Counted from the stretch's first letter, positions 10,577 to 21,207 are shown. The stretch: 64,000 bases of DNA from Runella aurantiaca (GCF_003339505.1 NZ_QPIW01000003.1:184471-248470); one strand, 5' to 3'. The notes: generated from the sequence alone by a model not told the origin. A program made the numbers and translations.

Positions 10577-13381
10577 TTACGGATCGTTTGGGTTGAGGGT
10601 ATAAGAACAGACAAGCCCCATTTCGGCTTTAAAAACCGCTCCCGGCTCCACCTTAAAGCCCGGTTTTAATTCAATAAAATCCTTTGCTTTGCAGGCTACA
10701 TTTGCCGTTCCCAAGACCCAATTGGTTGCCTGAATCGCTTTGCCAGTTTCGGGGTTATTGATGCGATTGAGGCTGATGTCATCGTTGGGATGGGTCAACG
10801 AAACTATTTGAGGGTTGAGTTTACATTGGAGAAAAATAGAAAGGGTCATGTCGAAGTTGGTGCCATTGTCGTACGAACCTGCAACATACACCCGGTCGTA
10901 ATTGCCCAACGCCATAGCGCCGAAACGGTCGTCTTCGTATCCTAAATTAGGGAAGGTATAAGCACCATTGAATCCAAAATTGAGATCAGTCGTCCCGTTG
11001 GCATTGACCCGCAGGAGGGTTTTACTCCAAGTATTAAGGCCAAACACATCGCCTCCCACTAGGATTTTACCACTCGCCAATACCTTGATTGCATAAGCCC
11101 TGTTATCTGCTGGATAGCTAGTAGAAGTATAGATACCGTCGCCCGAGAACGTATTGTCGAGGCTACCGTCTACGTTATAGCGAACGAGCACCATCACCCC
11201 CGAAACCAGTGCAAGTCGTCCTCCTATGATGAGTTTACCGTCGGGCTGAATGGCCGAACACCAACCCAACGCCTGTTCCATCCCAAAATCAGTCACTGCT
11301 TTTCCATCCCCATCAAAGGTATTATCCAGACTTCCGTCGGCATTGAGCCGATAGGCTACAAAGTCTTGATTAAGTTCGTAGCCGCTGATGATGATCTTGT
11401 TGTTAAAAATATGGACCGAATTGATTTCATCGGTCCCGATGGTTCCCCCCAATTCTACCTTGCCGTCGGTATCGAATGAGACATCCAATGTACCGTTTGG
11501 CAAGAGCCTTGCCACCGTAGATTTATAAATACCTATGCCACCGGTAGAGATACTGTAGCCCGCCAACACGATTTTGCCGTCCGGTTGCAGGGCCATTGCT
11601 TTGCAATAGTCTAACCCGAAAATATTGACCAGCACTTTTCCATTGGTTCCGAAAGTATTGTCCGTCGTACCGTCAGGCAACAACCTTATCACCGCAAAGT
11701 CACTATCGGTGCCATTGTATGCTTGCCCCGCCACTACGATTTTTCCATCAGGCTGAAGGGCGATGGCATTGGCGTATGCCTCATTGGGCAGGATGGTACT
11801 GCTAATGATGAGTTTTCCATCTCCCGAGAATGTTTCATCCAAAGCTCCGCTCCTTAGATACCTCGCAATGGCAAATTGTTTAGCAGCGCTTGAAGTGGTA
11901 TAACCAGCCACCAGTATTTTTTCATCCGGCTGAACGACCATACAGCGCGCCTGCTCTGCTTCATCGCCAAAAGAGAGATACAACCTGTTTTCAAGGGTGT
12001 AAAAACGGTAAAAGCCATGCAAACGACAGATGCCAAAGTCTTCGTTGGTGCCATTATGAACCGAGCCGGCCACGATGATTTTGCCGTCATTTTGCAAAAG
12101 CATTGTATTCCCTTTGTCATGCTTTCCTTCTGTAAAAGGGATGGTGCGAATACCATCTCCTGAAAATAAGGTGTTTAAGTCCCCATCGGATTGATACACC
12201 AGCACCACAAAGTCGTCGTTGGCGGGAACATCAATAATAGCGCGGGTACCATCCAACAGAATTACTTCATAGCTATACGCCGGCGTTCGGGTGGTGCCGC
12301 CAACGACAATGTCGCCGTTGGGTTGGAGGGTTATCGCATTGCCCCGGTCGTCGCCGGGATTGATAGAGGTCGTTTGTTTACCAGTGTCGTTGAAGTTTAA
12401 ATCCAAACTGCCATTCTCGTTGTAGCGTACCAAGGCTACGTCATCGCTTGTACCGTTCCAGATTTTACCTGCCAAAACAATCTTTCCATCCTCCTGAACA
12501 GCTAGGTCGTAGGCATAGTCGTCGGTAGAGTTGCCAATGTCTGTGATGGCCTTGCCGTCGGTATCGAAGGTATTATCTAAAGTCCCGTTGGCATTCAGAC
12601 GCATCACCCCAAAATCTCTATCGGGTGCCATAAACTCCCACGTGTATCCTCCTACCACTATTTTACCGTCAGGTTGCAAAGCAACTCCCCGAGCTACGCC
12701 TTGAAAAACGCCGAAAACCGTACCTGCACTGCCAAAATCTGCATCTAATGTACCCGTACTCAAATAACGCCGTACCACAAACTGACTGTTTTGGGAGCCC
12801 GCCACCACTATTTTTCCATCCGTTTGGACTGCAACATCATAATAAAAGTCGTTCAAACTGGCATGGGTACGGATTGACCCCGTGCCGTTGAACGTATTGT
12901 CTATGTTGCCGTTGGGCAGATACCTCAAAATGACGAAATCGTACAATTTATTGGGGTCCGAAGTATCGTGTACCTGCCCGACCACCACTATTTTTCCGTC
13001 AGACTGGATGGCCACGGCATTGGCCTGTGCAGTAAGCCCTGAGTAACTGAAAACCACTTTACCATCAGTTGAGAAAGTATTGTCTAAAGTGCCGTTAGGC
13101 AGTAAACGTATGGTAGCGAGTCCACCGTTGCTGCTTCCAACCACTACTATTTTTCCGTCTGATTGCAGGGCTGAACCCAACGCAAATTCGATGCCGTTGC
13201 TGGCCCCCGGAAAGGTGATGGAGTTTTTTCCATTCGTGGAAAAATCAACGTCCAATGCGCCGTTAACCTGAGCTTGCACCGTTTGAAAGTAAAAGAGAAG
13301 CCAGCAAAGAGGAATCATTTGATGCCTAATTGTACGAAGGAGGCACTGCGCATAATAAGCAGGAGTGATAAAGGTTTTCAT
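10577..13381 (-). CDS. delta-60 repeat domain protein (934 aa; alternative start at 13318 possible)
   Basis: More than 15 repeats of 'LxPDGxLDxxFxxDGKxxxxxG' / 'DGKIVVAG', as in delta-60/β-propeller repeat proteins. Signal peptide ...FYFQTVQAQ. C-terminal tail 'DFIELKPGFKVEPGAVFKAEM' resembles the ELW protein tails. Confidence 0.8.
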   Translation of the reverse strand: MKTFITPAYYAQCLLRTIRHQMIPLCWLLFYFQTVQAQVNGALDVDFSTNGKNSITFPGASNGIEFALGSALQSDGKIVVVGSSNGGLATIRLLPNGTLDNTFSTDGKVVFSYSGLTAQANAVAIQSDGKIVVVGQVHDTSDPNKLYDFVILRYLPNGNIDNTFNGTGSIRTHASLNDFYYDVAVQTDGKIVVAGSQNSQFVVRRYLSTGTLDADFGSAGTVFGVFQGVARGVALQPDGKIVVGGYTWEFMAPDRDFGVMRLNANGTLDNTFDTDGKAITDIGNSTDDYAYDLAVQEDGKIVLAGKIWNGTSDDVALVRYNENGSLDLNFNDTGKQTTSINPGDDRGNAITLQPNGDIVVGGTTRTPAYSYEVILLDGTRAIIDVPANDDFVVLVYQSDGDLNTLFSGDGIRTIPFTEGKHDKGNTMLLQNDGKIIVAGSVHNGTNEDFGICRLHGFYRFYTLENRLYLSFGDEAEQARCMVVQPDEKILVAGYTTSSAAKQFAIARYLRSGALDETFSGDGKLIISSTILPNEAYANAIALQPDGKIVVAGQAYNGTDSDFAVIRLLPDGTTDNTFGTNGKVLVNIFGLDYCKAMALQPDGKIVLAGYSISTGGIGIYKSTVARLLPNGTLDVSFDTDGKVELGGTIGTDEINSVHIFNNKIIISGYELNQDFVAYRLNADGSLDNTFDGDGKAVTDFGMEQALGWCSAIQPDGKLIIGGRLALVSGVMVLVRYNVDGSLDNTFSGDGIYTSTSYPADNRAYAIKVLASGKILVGGDVFGLNTWSKTLLRVNANGTTDLNFGFNGAYTFPNLGYEDDRFGAMALGNYDRVYVAGSYDNGTNFDMTLSIFLQCKLNPQIVSLTHPNDDISLNRINNPETGKAIQATNWVLGTANVACKAKDFIELKPGFKVEPGAVFKAEMGLVCSYTLNPNDP

Positions 13382-13675
13382 GGTAAAGTGGTTTTATGGA
13401 TACTTCGGATTTATGACATTTACCTATGCTTGATTTGTGCAAGAATAGGGCAACGGCATTTTGAAAGCATGACTGTAAGCCATCCATTAAATGTTTCAAA
13501 GACGGTTAGGAAAACCAGTAAGCGACCGCTGAAAATGCCAACTTTACAGGGTATTGCGTGAAGGATTTGGTTAGGACAAAAGTCGGAAAGTTTAGAATAG
13601 GGGGAAATAACTAATAATAGGTATTTTTATACCTATTTCTCGGTATAAACAACAGATTTTGGGCCTGTTGTGTGT

Positions 13676-14317
13676 TTAAACAAGCTGATGTTGTACCGCG
13701 TATTTGATCAATGCAAATGAAGAATTGACGCCGAGTTTTCGGAAAATATTCCGACGATGGGTTTCAATGGTGAAATAGCTCAAATTAAGTTCCCGAGCCA
13801 TTTCAAGCCCGGTCATTTCTTGCGCAATTAGTCGGATGATTTCTATTTCGCGGCGAGTGAGGGCTTCGTCGTGTGGGAGCATTTTTTCCGCCTGCGTCAG
13901 TGGCTGTGTCAAGGTATCCATGACCGTTTCCGAAAAAAACGTATGTCCTTGCGACAAGCTTACGATGGCGCTTTGAAGTTCGGCTTTGGTGGCTTTTTTC
14001 GATAAATATCCTTTTACACCCGCTTGAATAGCGGTTCGGATTCCTTCGGCATCTTCACGGGTGGTAAGCATGAGTACTTTCAGGTGCGGGTGGGTTCTAC
14101 GCAGAGCAAGGGTCAATTGAACACCGTCCATCTGCGGCATAAAGTAGTCGCAGATGAGCACTTCAACCTCGCAAAAAGACAGCTTACTGAGGGCTTCCTC
14201 TCCACCAAAGGCCGTTCCCACCAACTCCACCCCCTCAATTGCCCCTAGTAGCATGGTCATACTCTCGATAAAAATGGTATGGTCGTCTACCAGAAATATT
14301 TTAATGGGGGAAGCCAT
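13676..14317 (-). CDS. two-component response regulator, NarL/LuxR family (REC + HTH_LuxR)
   Basis: IKIFLVDDH...D...LVICDYFMP (receiver motifs). C-terminal 'LTRREIEIIRLIAQEMTGLEMARELNLSYFTIETHRRNIFRKLG' is a LuxR-type HTH. Confidence 0.9.
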   Translation of the reverse strand: MASPIKIFLVDDHTIFIESMTMLLGAIEGVELVGTAFGGEEALSKLSFCEVEVLICDYFMPQMDGVQLTLALRRTHPHLKVLMLTTREDAEGIRTAIQAGVKGYLSKKATKAELQSAIVSLSQGHTFFSETVMDTLTQPLTQAEKMLPHDEALTRREIEIIRLIAQEMTGLEMARELNLSYFTIETHRRNIFRKLGVNSSFALIKYAVQHQLV

Positions 14318-14392
14318 GGTGTGTAGAAGTCATGATTTATGTTTTAATTAATAAAAAAACTATATTGGTTACAATACATCAAGGGAAAAAAT

Positions 14393-16282
14393 ATGAGAGC
14401 ATTTACCAAACGGTCGGTAGTACTGTCTATCATTATACTGTTTTCTGTGGTTACTTACGGGCAGTATTTTAGGGTCAGTTATTCCGTTGATAGTCTCAAA
14501 AAAGTATTATTAGCCGTTGAAAGCAAATCCGCGCCCACCCAAAAAAAAGAAATACTTACGCTCAATACCTTAATCGCAACTGCATTCAACAAAGATGCTC
14601 AGTTTGACAGCAGTTTGAGTTTGTTGAGAAAAATTCTCCCTGAATTGCAGGCTCAAAATATGCTTAATGAGATTGCCGAAGCTCATTTCCATATCGGGTG
14701 GGCACTGCAAAAAAGAGAGTTGTACTTTGAGGCCGTTAAATCTTTTGAGGAAGCCATCGTGGCGGCCCAAAAAGCAAAAAACGACAGTTTGCTTGCCATC
14801 AGTCATCACTGGGCAGGGATAAGCTATAGCGACCAAAAAGTCTATCCTAAAAGCCTTTGGCATTATAAAAAAGAGCTTGAAATTTGTAAAAAAGCAAAAC
14901 TTAAATTTCAACATGCCGATTGCCTAAACTCCATTGGACTCCACTATTTTGGGTTTGAAAAAATTGATTCAGCATTTTATTTTTTCGATGTATGTCGCAA
15001 AATTTCCGAGAAGAATCAGTTTGATATACTCCTCCCGATTTCTTACAAAAATGTAGGAAAATGCTACTGGGCGCTTGGCAATGAACAAAAGGGAACGGAC
15101 TTTATTTATCGCTCAATAGAACTTTTTCTGAATCACAAAAACCCTAGAATTCGATATTTGTCTATGTACAGCTACATTGAGCTGGCTCGCTATTATGCCA
15201 ACAAAAAAAACTATAATTTGTCAAACCAAAATGCTTTGAAAGGTTTAAAAATCAACGCATTGGCCAATTTTACCGATTTGCAGCAAGATTTTTCATTCCT
15301 TCTATATAAAAATCACAAAGCCACAAAACAAACTTTAGAAGCCCTGCAATATTTAGAAATATACCAAAAAGCTTCCGAAAAAATCAACCAAAATTATTTG
15401 GCACAACAGCACGCAGCATTGGATGAACGAGTGCAAAATGAGCAACAAAAAAACCAGATATACGTACTCAATCAAGAAAAAATAGCCAAACAACGAGAAA
15501 GAAACTGGTTAATAGGAGGGTTAACTGTTGCAGGAATGTTCCTATTTGTCATTGGCAAACTCTACCAGACAAATAGAAAACAAAAAAAAGTAATCCAAAA
15601 AGCTAATGAACAACTGGAAGAAAAAGTAAAACTGCGCACTGCTGAACTCCAAAGGGCATTAGACGAAATAAAACAAGCCATGCTCAAAGGTCAAAAATTG
15701 GAACGAACCCGCGTAGCTGCCGAGTTGCACGACAACCTAGGAAGTTTGCTTTCGGCCATTAGCATCAGTATGGAAGTGGTCGAAATTGGTGAACTATCTC
15801 TCCACGAGCAGCAAATTTTTGCGGGAATCCAACAACAAATAAATGCGGCTTATCACCATGTACGCCTGCTTGCTCATAATCTTCAGCCTGCTGAGCTGGA
15901 GAGAGAAGGATTAAAAAAGGCCTTGGAAATTTTTGCGGCTAAAATTAACCAAAGCAAATACTTTCACCTGACGCTTGATACCACTGCCCTTGTTCCTCTC
16001 TCTAAAGATTTGGAGTTTACATTGTACTCTATTTGCTTAGAGCTCATCAATAATACCCTTAAACATGCCCAAGCTACCCAAGTACGAATCGCTTTTGATC
16101 AACAAACGGCTCACCGCTGGCAGATGATTGTAGCCGATAATGGCAAAGGTATGATGCCCAACACAAAAGAGGGGTTTGGTATCCAAAACATCAGAAATCG
16201 TCTCGAACAAATAGGAGCAACTCTCCATATAATTCAAGAAAAGGGATTGACCTTTTTGATTGATTTTAAGACGGATGAATAA
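14393..16282 (+). CDS. sensor histidine kinase, TPR-repeat periplasmic/sensor region + HisKA_3 + HATPase_c
   Basis: N-terminal signal/TM, TPR-like repeats, internal TM (WLIGGLTVAGMFLFVIG), coiled coil, H-box 'RVAAELHDNLGSLLSAI', and a C-terminal ATPase (NGKGM...GFGIQNIRNR). Divergent from the NarL-type regulator. Confidence 0.85.
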   Translation: MRAFTKRSVVLSIIILFSVVTYGQYFRVSYSVDSLKKVLLAVESKSAPTQKKEILTLNTLIATAFNKDAQFDSSLSLLRKILPELQAQNMLNEIAEAHFHIGWALQKRELYFEAVKSFEEAIVAAQKAKNDSLLAISHHWAGISYSDQKVYPKSLWHYKKELEICKKAKLKFQHADCLNSIGLHYFGFEKIDSAFYFFDVCRKISEKNQFDILLPISYKNVGKCYWALGNEQKGTDFIYRSIELFLNHKNPRIRYLSMYSYIELARYYANKKNYNLSNQNALKGLKINALANFTDLQQDFSFLLYKNHKATKQTLEALQYLEIYQKASEKINQNYLAQQHAALDERVQNEQQKNQIYVLNQEKIAKQRERNWLIGGLTVAGMFLFVIGKLYQTNRKQKKVIQKANEQLEEKVKLRTAELQRALDEIKQAMLKGQKLERTRVAAELHDNLGSLLSAISISMEVVEIGELSLHEQQIFAGIQQQINAAYHHVRLLAHNLQPAELEREGLKKALEIFAAKINQSKYFHLTLDTTALVPLSKDLEFTLYSICLELINNTLKHAQATQVRIAFDQQTAHRWQMIVADNGKGMMPNTKEGFGIQNIRNRLEQIGATLHIIQEKGLTFLIDFKTDE

Positions 16283-16542
16283 ACCTTTGGCTCATTTGCT
16301 GTTGCCTTTTTCATTCTCATTTTAATCGGGCTATATTCGTTTCAGGAATAATCAGGTAGGTCATACCCATCGGAATCGTGCTTTCCTCATCGTTTTTGAA
16401 ATTTTTGATTTGACGATTTAAAATTACGGATACCGATTTCATGCTGATTGTAAAAATGCGACATTCTATTTTGTTTTTAGCACGCTAAAAACAGGTGAAT
16501 TATGAGAAGAGGTTGAAAATTAGACTTGAGGATACCATAATC

Positions 16543-16580
16543 AAAAATCCCTGCCATTCGAAGTAGCAGGGATTTTTTAA
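16543..16580. terminator. bidirectional rho-independent terminator (aaaatccctgc / gcagggatttt hairpin flanked by A/T runs)
   Basis: Perfect 11-bp stem, 11-nt loop, T-runs on both strands. Lies between the convergent HK gene (+) and susD-like gene (-). Confidence 0.7.
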
Positions 16581-16598
16581 TTTTGGGCAAACCGTAAA

Positions 16599-17981
16599 TT
16601 ACCGCGTTTTTACGTATTCATCCCAGTTGATTTCGGCCTGCGGGCGGGCCAATTGCCTGAAAATTGTACCACGGTCAATGGTTACATCTACGTTTGCGGC
16701 ATTGAGGCGATCGTAGCGACGCAAATCTACCCAACGATGTCCCCAAGGCTCGGCCCAAAGCGAATAACGGCGTTGGAACAAGATTTCGTCAATAAGGGCA
16801 TCTTTGGTCGTAGCGCCCGTGTAGTTTCCAATACCCGCAGCAGTACGAATACGGTTAATGGCCGCCACTGCTTCTGTGGTTTTATTGAGCTGGGCGTTGG
16901 CCTCAGCAGCAATCAGCACCAACTCTTCGTTACGGAAAAACTTTACCTCAGAGGTGTTGAGGGCAAAACGGTTGTCTTGGTACAAACCCGCCAGAGGTGT
17001 TCCATCTGATGTAACCGAGACAGGAGCCGTACGTCGGAAAAACTTCGCACGGACGCGTGCATCTCCCGCAATGGTATCACGTAAGACCGATGGGTGCACC
17101 ACCATCATGGTGCTTACATTGGCATTTTTGACAAAAAACAACGGGTTAAACGTATCTGGTGGCGCCCCGAAGGTATGGGCAGGGCCTGCTTCTAAACTAC
17201 CAGTTGCACTATAAAAGGATGCGGTTACTGCATCCAAAGCACCTTGCCAGTCCTGACGATACACGGCCAAGCGCGCCGCAATGGCACGATTCAGTTGACG
17301 CAGTCCAGCAATGGTTCCGAAGCCATTTCCTGTGAAACCAGACGTCAAACGTAGAGGAAAATTCCCTGTGCCAGCACCGCTCAATTCGGTATTGCCTTCG
17401 TCCAAGATGCGTTTGATTTGGGTAAACGACTCTGCAAGCGGCAAGAAAGGCCCTGGATTTTGAACGTCTTTGACATCAATTCGAATCCCATTGTCGTATT
17501 GCCCCATTGCCACAATCAGGTATTGGTACGCCATGAGGGTTTTGGCAAAGCCCGAAACCGCATTTTTCTCTTCGGTCGTAAAAGTATTGGTATTGCTAAC
17601 GGCATCAATCACTGTCTGCGCCTGACGAATGGCAAAGTAAGGTTGCTGATACGTATTCAAATATCCAAACATGTTGGCTGTTGCCTGACGCCCGTTCATG
17701 CCGAGCCAATCAGTTTGCCAACGAGGGTCAGAGGCGTTTAAGTACCACAATTCACGCCCCATTGTTCCGTACAACATTGTCACGGTAAAGAGATAATCAC
17801 GGTGACGCGATTCCAACCCAGTTACCAAGTTTTGCACTTGGGTACGAGACGCGTTTTGACTCACACTTCCCAGCGAAGGGTTGTTGGGGTCGTTGGGAGT
17901 ATCAAGGCTGAAAAAGTTACAAGAACTCATCATCAACAACAGCCCTGCAAAAACCGGAGTATATAAGTGTATTTTTTTCAT
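16599..17981 (-). CDS. susD: SusD/RagB-family nutrient-binding outer-membrane lipoprotein
   Basis: Lipoprotein signal MKKIH...LLMMSSC. Size of 460 aa, position immediately downstream of the TonB-dependent receptor, and SusD-like composition. Confidence 0.85.
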   Translation of the reverse strand: MKKIHLYTPVFAGLLLMMSSCNFFSLDTPNDPNNPSLGSVSQNASRTQVQNLVTGLESRHRDYLFTVTMLYGTMGRELWYLNASDPRWQTDWLGMNGRQATANMFGYLNTYQQPYFAIRQAQTVIDAVSNTNTFTTEEKNAVSGFAKTLMAYQYLIVAMGQYDNGIRIDVKDVQNPGPFLPLAESFTQIKRILDEGNTELSGAGTGNFPLRLTSGFTGNGFGTIAGLRQLNRAIAARLAVYRQDWQGALDAVTASFYSATGSLEAGPAHTFGAPPDTFNPLFFVKNANVSTMMVVHPSVLRDTIAGDARVRAKFFRRTAPVSVTSDGTPLAGLYQDNRFALNTSEVKFFRNEELVLIAAEANAQLNKTTEAVAAINRIRTAAGIGNYTGATTKDALIDEILFQRRYSLWAEPWGHRWVDLRRYDRLNAANVDVTIDRGTIFRQLARPQAEINWDEYVKTR

Positions 17982-17993
17982 GTCCGTAACGCA

Positions 17994-20900
17994 TTAAAAT
18001 TCAACAACTAAATGACCAAAAAAGCGACGCTGTGTAGGATAAGGAGCAATATCTACCCCCGATGCCACGGCTTGCAACCCAAAAGTGGAAGTTTCGGGAT
18101 CGTAGCCACGGTATTTGCTGAACGTCAATGGGTTTTGGCAAGAGAAACCTACGCGCACCCGTGATATTTTATTGTTGGACCATTTATTCAATGAGGTGGT
18201 AGGGACAGTGTAGTACAACGCTGCCTCGCGCAAACGAAGATAGGTGGCATCTTGTACCCAACGGTCGGCGCCGTTGTGAGGAGCTAAGCCCCGCTGACGG
18301 CCGTTAGGCACGCCGTCGCCGTTATCGTCATCGTCCCAGTCAGGAGAGGTTCCGCCGCCATCCCACAAAAACTCGGTTAGGTTGATATTATCCCCTCCTT
18401 TTTTCCAGTGCCAAAGCATGTTGAAATCAAAGTTTTTGAAGAAGTTGATTTCATTGCTCCACGACATCTGAAAATCAGGCTGGTTATCTCCCAAAATGTA
18501 CGCCCCTGTACGCACACCTTCAGCGGCAGGCGTATCATTGGCATCACGCGCTGGGCGTGTACCTACGATGGTCGTTGGCGAAAAGCCCTCTTGGTACAGG
18601 AATGTCCCCAATGTTACCCCAAAAGCCCCTAAGTTGTAGGCAGGGATCCCCAACTTGGTAAGAAGAATGTCGTTTTTCCACCACAACACCCGCGAACTCC
18701 AGCGAAACTTTTCTTTTTGGGCAATGGTTCCTCCCAACGAAAGCTCTACGCCACGGTTTTGGAGTTGGGCTAAGTTAGTAGGAATAGTACTGATACCCAC
18801 CGCAGGAGAAAGTTGCAAATTCTGAATATTACTGCGGGTTTGCTTATCGTAGTAGGTCGCTTCCAGTTGGATTCGGTTGTTGAACAATCCTAAATCTAGC
18901 CCAAACTCCAACTCACCCGCACGCTCAGGCTCAATGGCGGCATTGCCCGCCGCAGTGGTCACCACCGAGCCAAGCAATCCGCCGATATTGGCCGAGTTGA
19001 GCGGCGTAAATGTGGTTCCAAAACCTGGTACTCCAGCGGTTTGTCCATAGGCAACACGCGGCTTGATTTGTGAGAAAACAGAAGACAAGCTCGATGAGCG
19101 AATGAAGTCAAAGTTGGCAATGTTGATGGCCAAAGATGCTTTCGGGAAAGCCCAAAACTTGTCGGCATCGCCAATAAGGGTTGATTTATCCCAACGTACG
19201 CCCGCCGTAGCGATGATTTTATCATCCCAGTTGGCTTCTTGTTGAACAAACGCACCCACGTCGGTAATGGTCTGAAAACGTTGGTCAAAAATCTCTTGTA
19301 CGGTTCCTTGACGCAAGTTGGTTTGACCTCCTGCCAATCCACGCGAGCGGTTGAGCAAGCGGTCTTCGCGGAAGTTAAGCCGCACCGCACCCGCTTGCGA
19401 TGTAAGATTGACTTTCCTAATGTTCCAGTTATAAACCAATGCCGTTTGGAAGTTGGTATTCACGTTTTCGGTTTTTCCCCAAATCACATCGCCTGGGTTT
19501 CCTTGAGCGCGTTGGTATTGCAAATCTTCGGGAAGATAAACAAACGTTGTTCCTTGGGTATAGTCCAATCCTCCTTGTCCTACCAATTTCAGTAGTGATT
19601 TTTCTGACTTGTAAAGATTCGCCGTCAGGTTAAACGACTGAATAAATCGGTTGACATTGGTGTTGTTGATACCACGGTCGGTTACGGCCACGGGATTTTC
19701 GGAGAAGTAAGGGTTGTCGGGGTAGCGACCGCTTTCATCGGGGAAAAGGTTGTAATAATTGGGAACATAAGCGATGTTGTACCCAATACTCGCCCCTGAG
19801 TTATTTTGGTTTCCCGTAAAACCCCGGTCGGAGTTGGTATTGATGTAGTTTGACCCTACGGATAAGGTAATATCGTTGGTCAGTTTATGGTCGATATTGG
19901 CACGTAACGAATAGCGTTTAAAGCCCGTACGTCGAACAATGCCTTTTTCGTCGGTCAAGGCTCCCGAAATGAAAAACTTGGTTTTATCGTTCCCGCCCGA
20001 AATTCCCAAACGAGTGTTGGAAAGTGGTGCCGTGTTTCCGTAAAAATACTTTTCATAATCCCAGGTTTGGCCATTGGCCGCACGGAAGCGGTCTAACTCC
20101 GTCTGCCGACGAGCAGCGGCAAAAAATGTGTTGATTTTAGCTTCCGTCCAGTTGTCTACCCCAAATAGTCGTTGTGGAGTAGCAAATCCGTAGTCTTGGG
20201 CAAACGATACTTTTGTTTTGCCTGCACTACCGCGTTTGGTGGTGATGATGATTACCCCGGCATTGGCCCGGGTACCGTAGATAGCCGCCGCCGATGGGCC
20301 TTTGAGTACTTCTACGTTTTCGATGTCGTTGGGGTTTAAGTCTGAAATCCGGTTAGAGGCATCGTCTTGGGTTTCCGCTCCTGCGCCTGTGACCGAGGCA
20401 CGACCCGAACGATTAACCCCGTTGTTGGCATAAACTCCGTCAATAATGTATAGAGGCTGGGAAGCGCCTACCAGCGATGAAATCCCCCGCAACTGAATCG
20501 AAACCCCGCCTCCTGGTGCGCCACCGTTGGTGTTCATGTTGACCCCCGGCAGTTTTCCGTAAAATGCGTTGTCTACTGTTTGGATTTGGGTCGTTCCCAT
20601 GAGGTCTTTAGCCGAAAGGGTTCCTACCGCGTTGGCCAAGTTGGAACGTTTGATGCTCGACGCCAAACCTGTTACAACGACTTCCTGAAGGTTTGAAACG
20701 TCTTCGATGAGCGTTACATTAATGGTGCTGTTGTTGCCAACAGCCACCTCTTTCGATTGAAAACCAATGGAAGAAAAGACCAACGTCGCGTTGTTTTGAC
20801 GGAGCGTAATGGAGTACGTTCCATCTGCCCCGCTGGTGGTGCCAATTGTGGTGCCTTTCACAACGACATTTGTTCCTGGGATAGGGGAGCCATCGGCGGA

Positions 20901-21008
20901 TTTGACCGTCCCACTGACTTGGTTTTGGGCAAAGGCAATTGCGGTTAGTAACCACATCCCCGTCGCAAAGACTAGTCTTGCCATCGAAAAATAGGTAAAT
21001 TTTAACAT
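17994..21008 (-). CDS. susC: SusC/RagA-family TonB-dependent receptor
   Basis: Signal peptide, carboxypeptidase-regulatory-like N-domain (VSGTVKSADGSPIPGTNVVVKGTTIGTTSGADGTYSI), TonB-box region and plug. About 1000 aa, with a C-terminal aromatic residue (…VVEF). Confidence 0.9.
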   Translation of the reverse strand: MLKFTYFSMARLVFATGMWLLTAIAFAQNQVSGTVKSADGSPIPGTNVVVKGTTIGTTSGADGTYSITLRQNNATLVFSSIGFQSKEVAVGNNSTINVTLIEDVSNLQEVVVTGLASSIKRSNLANAVGTLSAKDLMGTTQIQTVDNAFYGKLPGVNMNTNGGAPGGGVSIQLRGISSLVGASQPLYIIDGVYANNGVNRSGRASVTGAGAETQDDASNRISDLNPNDIENVEVLKGPSAAAIYGTRANAGVIIITTKRGSAGKTKVSFAQDYGFATPQRLFGVDNWTEAKINTFFAAARRQTELDRFRAANGQTWDYEKYFYGNTAPLSNTRLGISGGNDKTKFFISGALTDEKGIVRRTGFKRYSLRANIDHKLTNDITLSVGSNYINTNSDRGFTGNQNNSGASIGYNIAYVPNYYNLFPDESGRYPDNPYFSENPVAVTDRGINNTNVNRFIQSFNLTANLYKSEKSLLKLVGQGGLDYTQGTTFVYLPEDLQYQRAQGNPGDVIWGKTENVNTNFQTALVYNWNIRKVNLTSQAGAVRLNFREDRLLNRSRGLAGGQTNLRQGTVQEIFDQRFQTITDVGAFVQQEANWDDKIIATAGVRWDKSTLIGDADKFWAFPKASLAINIANFDFIRSSSLSSVFSQIKPRVAYGQTAGVPGFGTTFTPLNSANIGGLLGSVVTTAAGNAAIEPERAGELEFGLDLGLFNNRIQLEATYYDKQTRSNIQNLQLSPAVGISTIPTNLAQLQNRGVELSLGGTIAQKEKFRWSSRVLWWKNDILLTKLGIPAYNLGAFGVTLGTFLYQEGFSPTTIVGTRPARDANDTPAAEGVRTGAYILGDNQPDFQMSWSNEINFFKNFDFNMLWHWKKGGDNINLTEFLWDGGGTSPDWDDDDNGDGVPNGRQRGLAPHNGADRWVQDATYLRLREAALYYTVPTTSLNKWSNNKISRVRVGFSCQNPLTFSKYRGYDPETSTFGLQAVASGVDIAPYPTQRRFFGHLVVEF

Positions 21009-21207
21009 GAATTTGGTGATTTAGTTTATATTGAAATGGTTTATTCAACTCAAAAACAAAAGCGAATGCTTCAATGTTTTGAAACCAAGTTGGCTATAAG
21101 CCACAGAAGATTTTTACGCTGTTGCTAGAGAGTTGTTGAGAGCAATAATATTGAAATAATTCTAATCTTAAAAAGAATATAACTAAAAATATTGCTACTT
21201 AGGGGCA

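Noticed and set aside
13620-13645. 8-bp inverted repeat (ataggtat…atacctat) downstream of the response regulator gene as a terminator
   Set aside because: Very AT-rich short stem with a poor T-run. Could equally be promoter sequence for the upstream delta-60 gene, so not called.
14539-15215. A8-A9 homopolymer runs inside the histidine kinase gene
   Set aside because: They encode in-frame Lys runs in a low-complexity linker. Nothing indicates frameshifting, and the downstream frame is intact.
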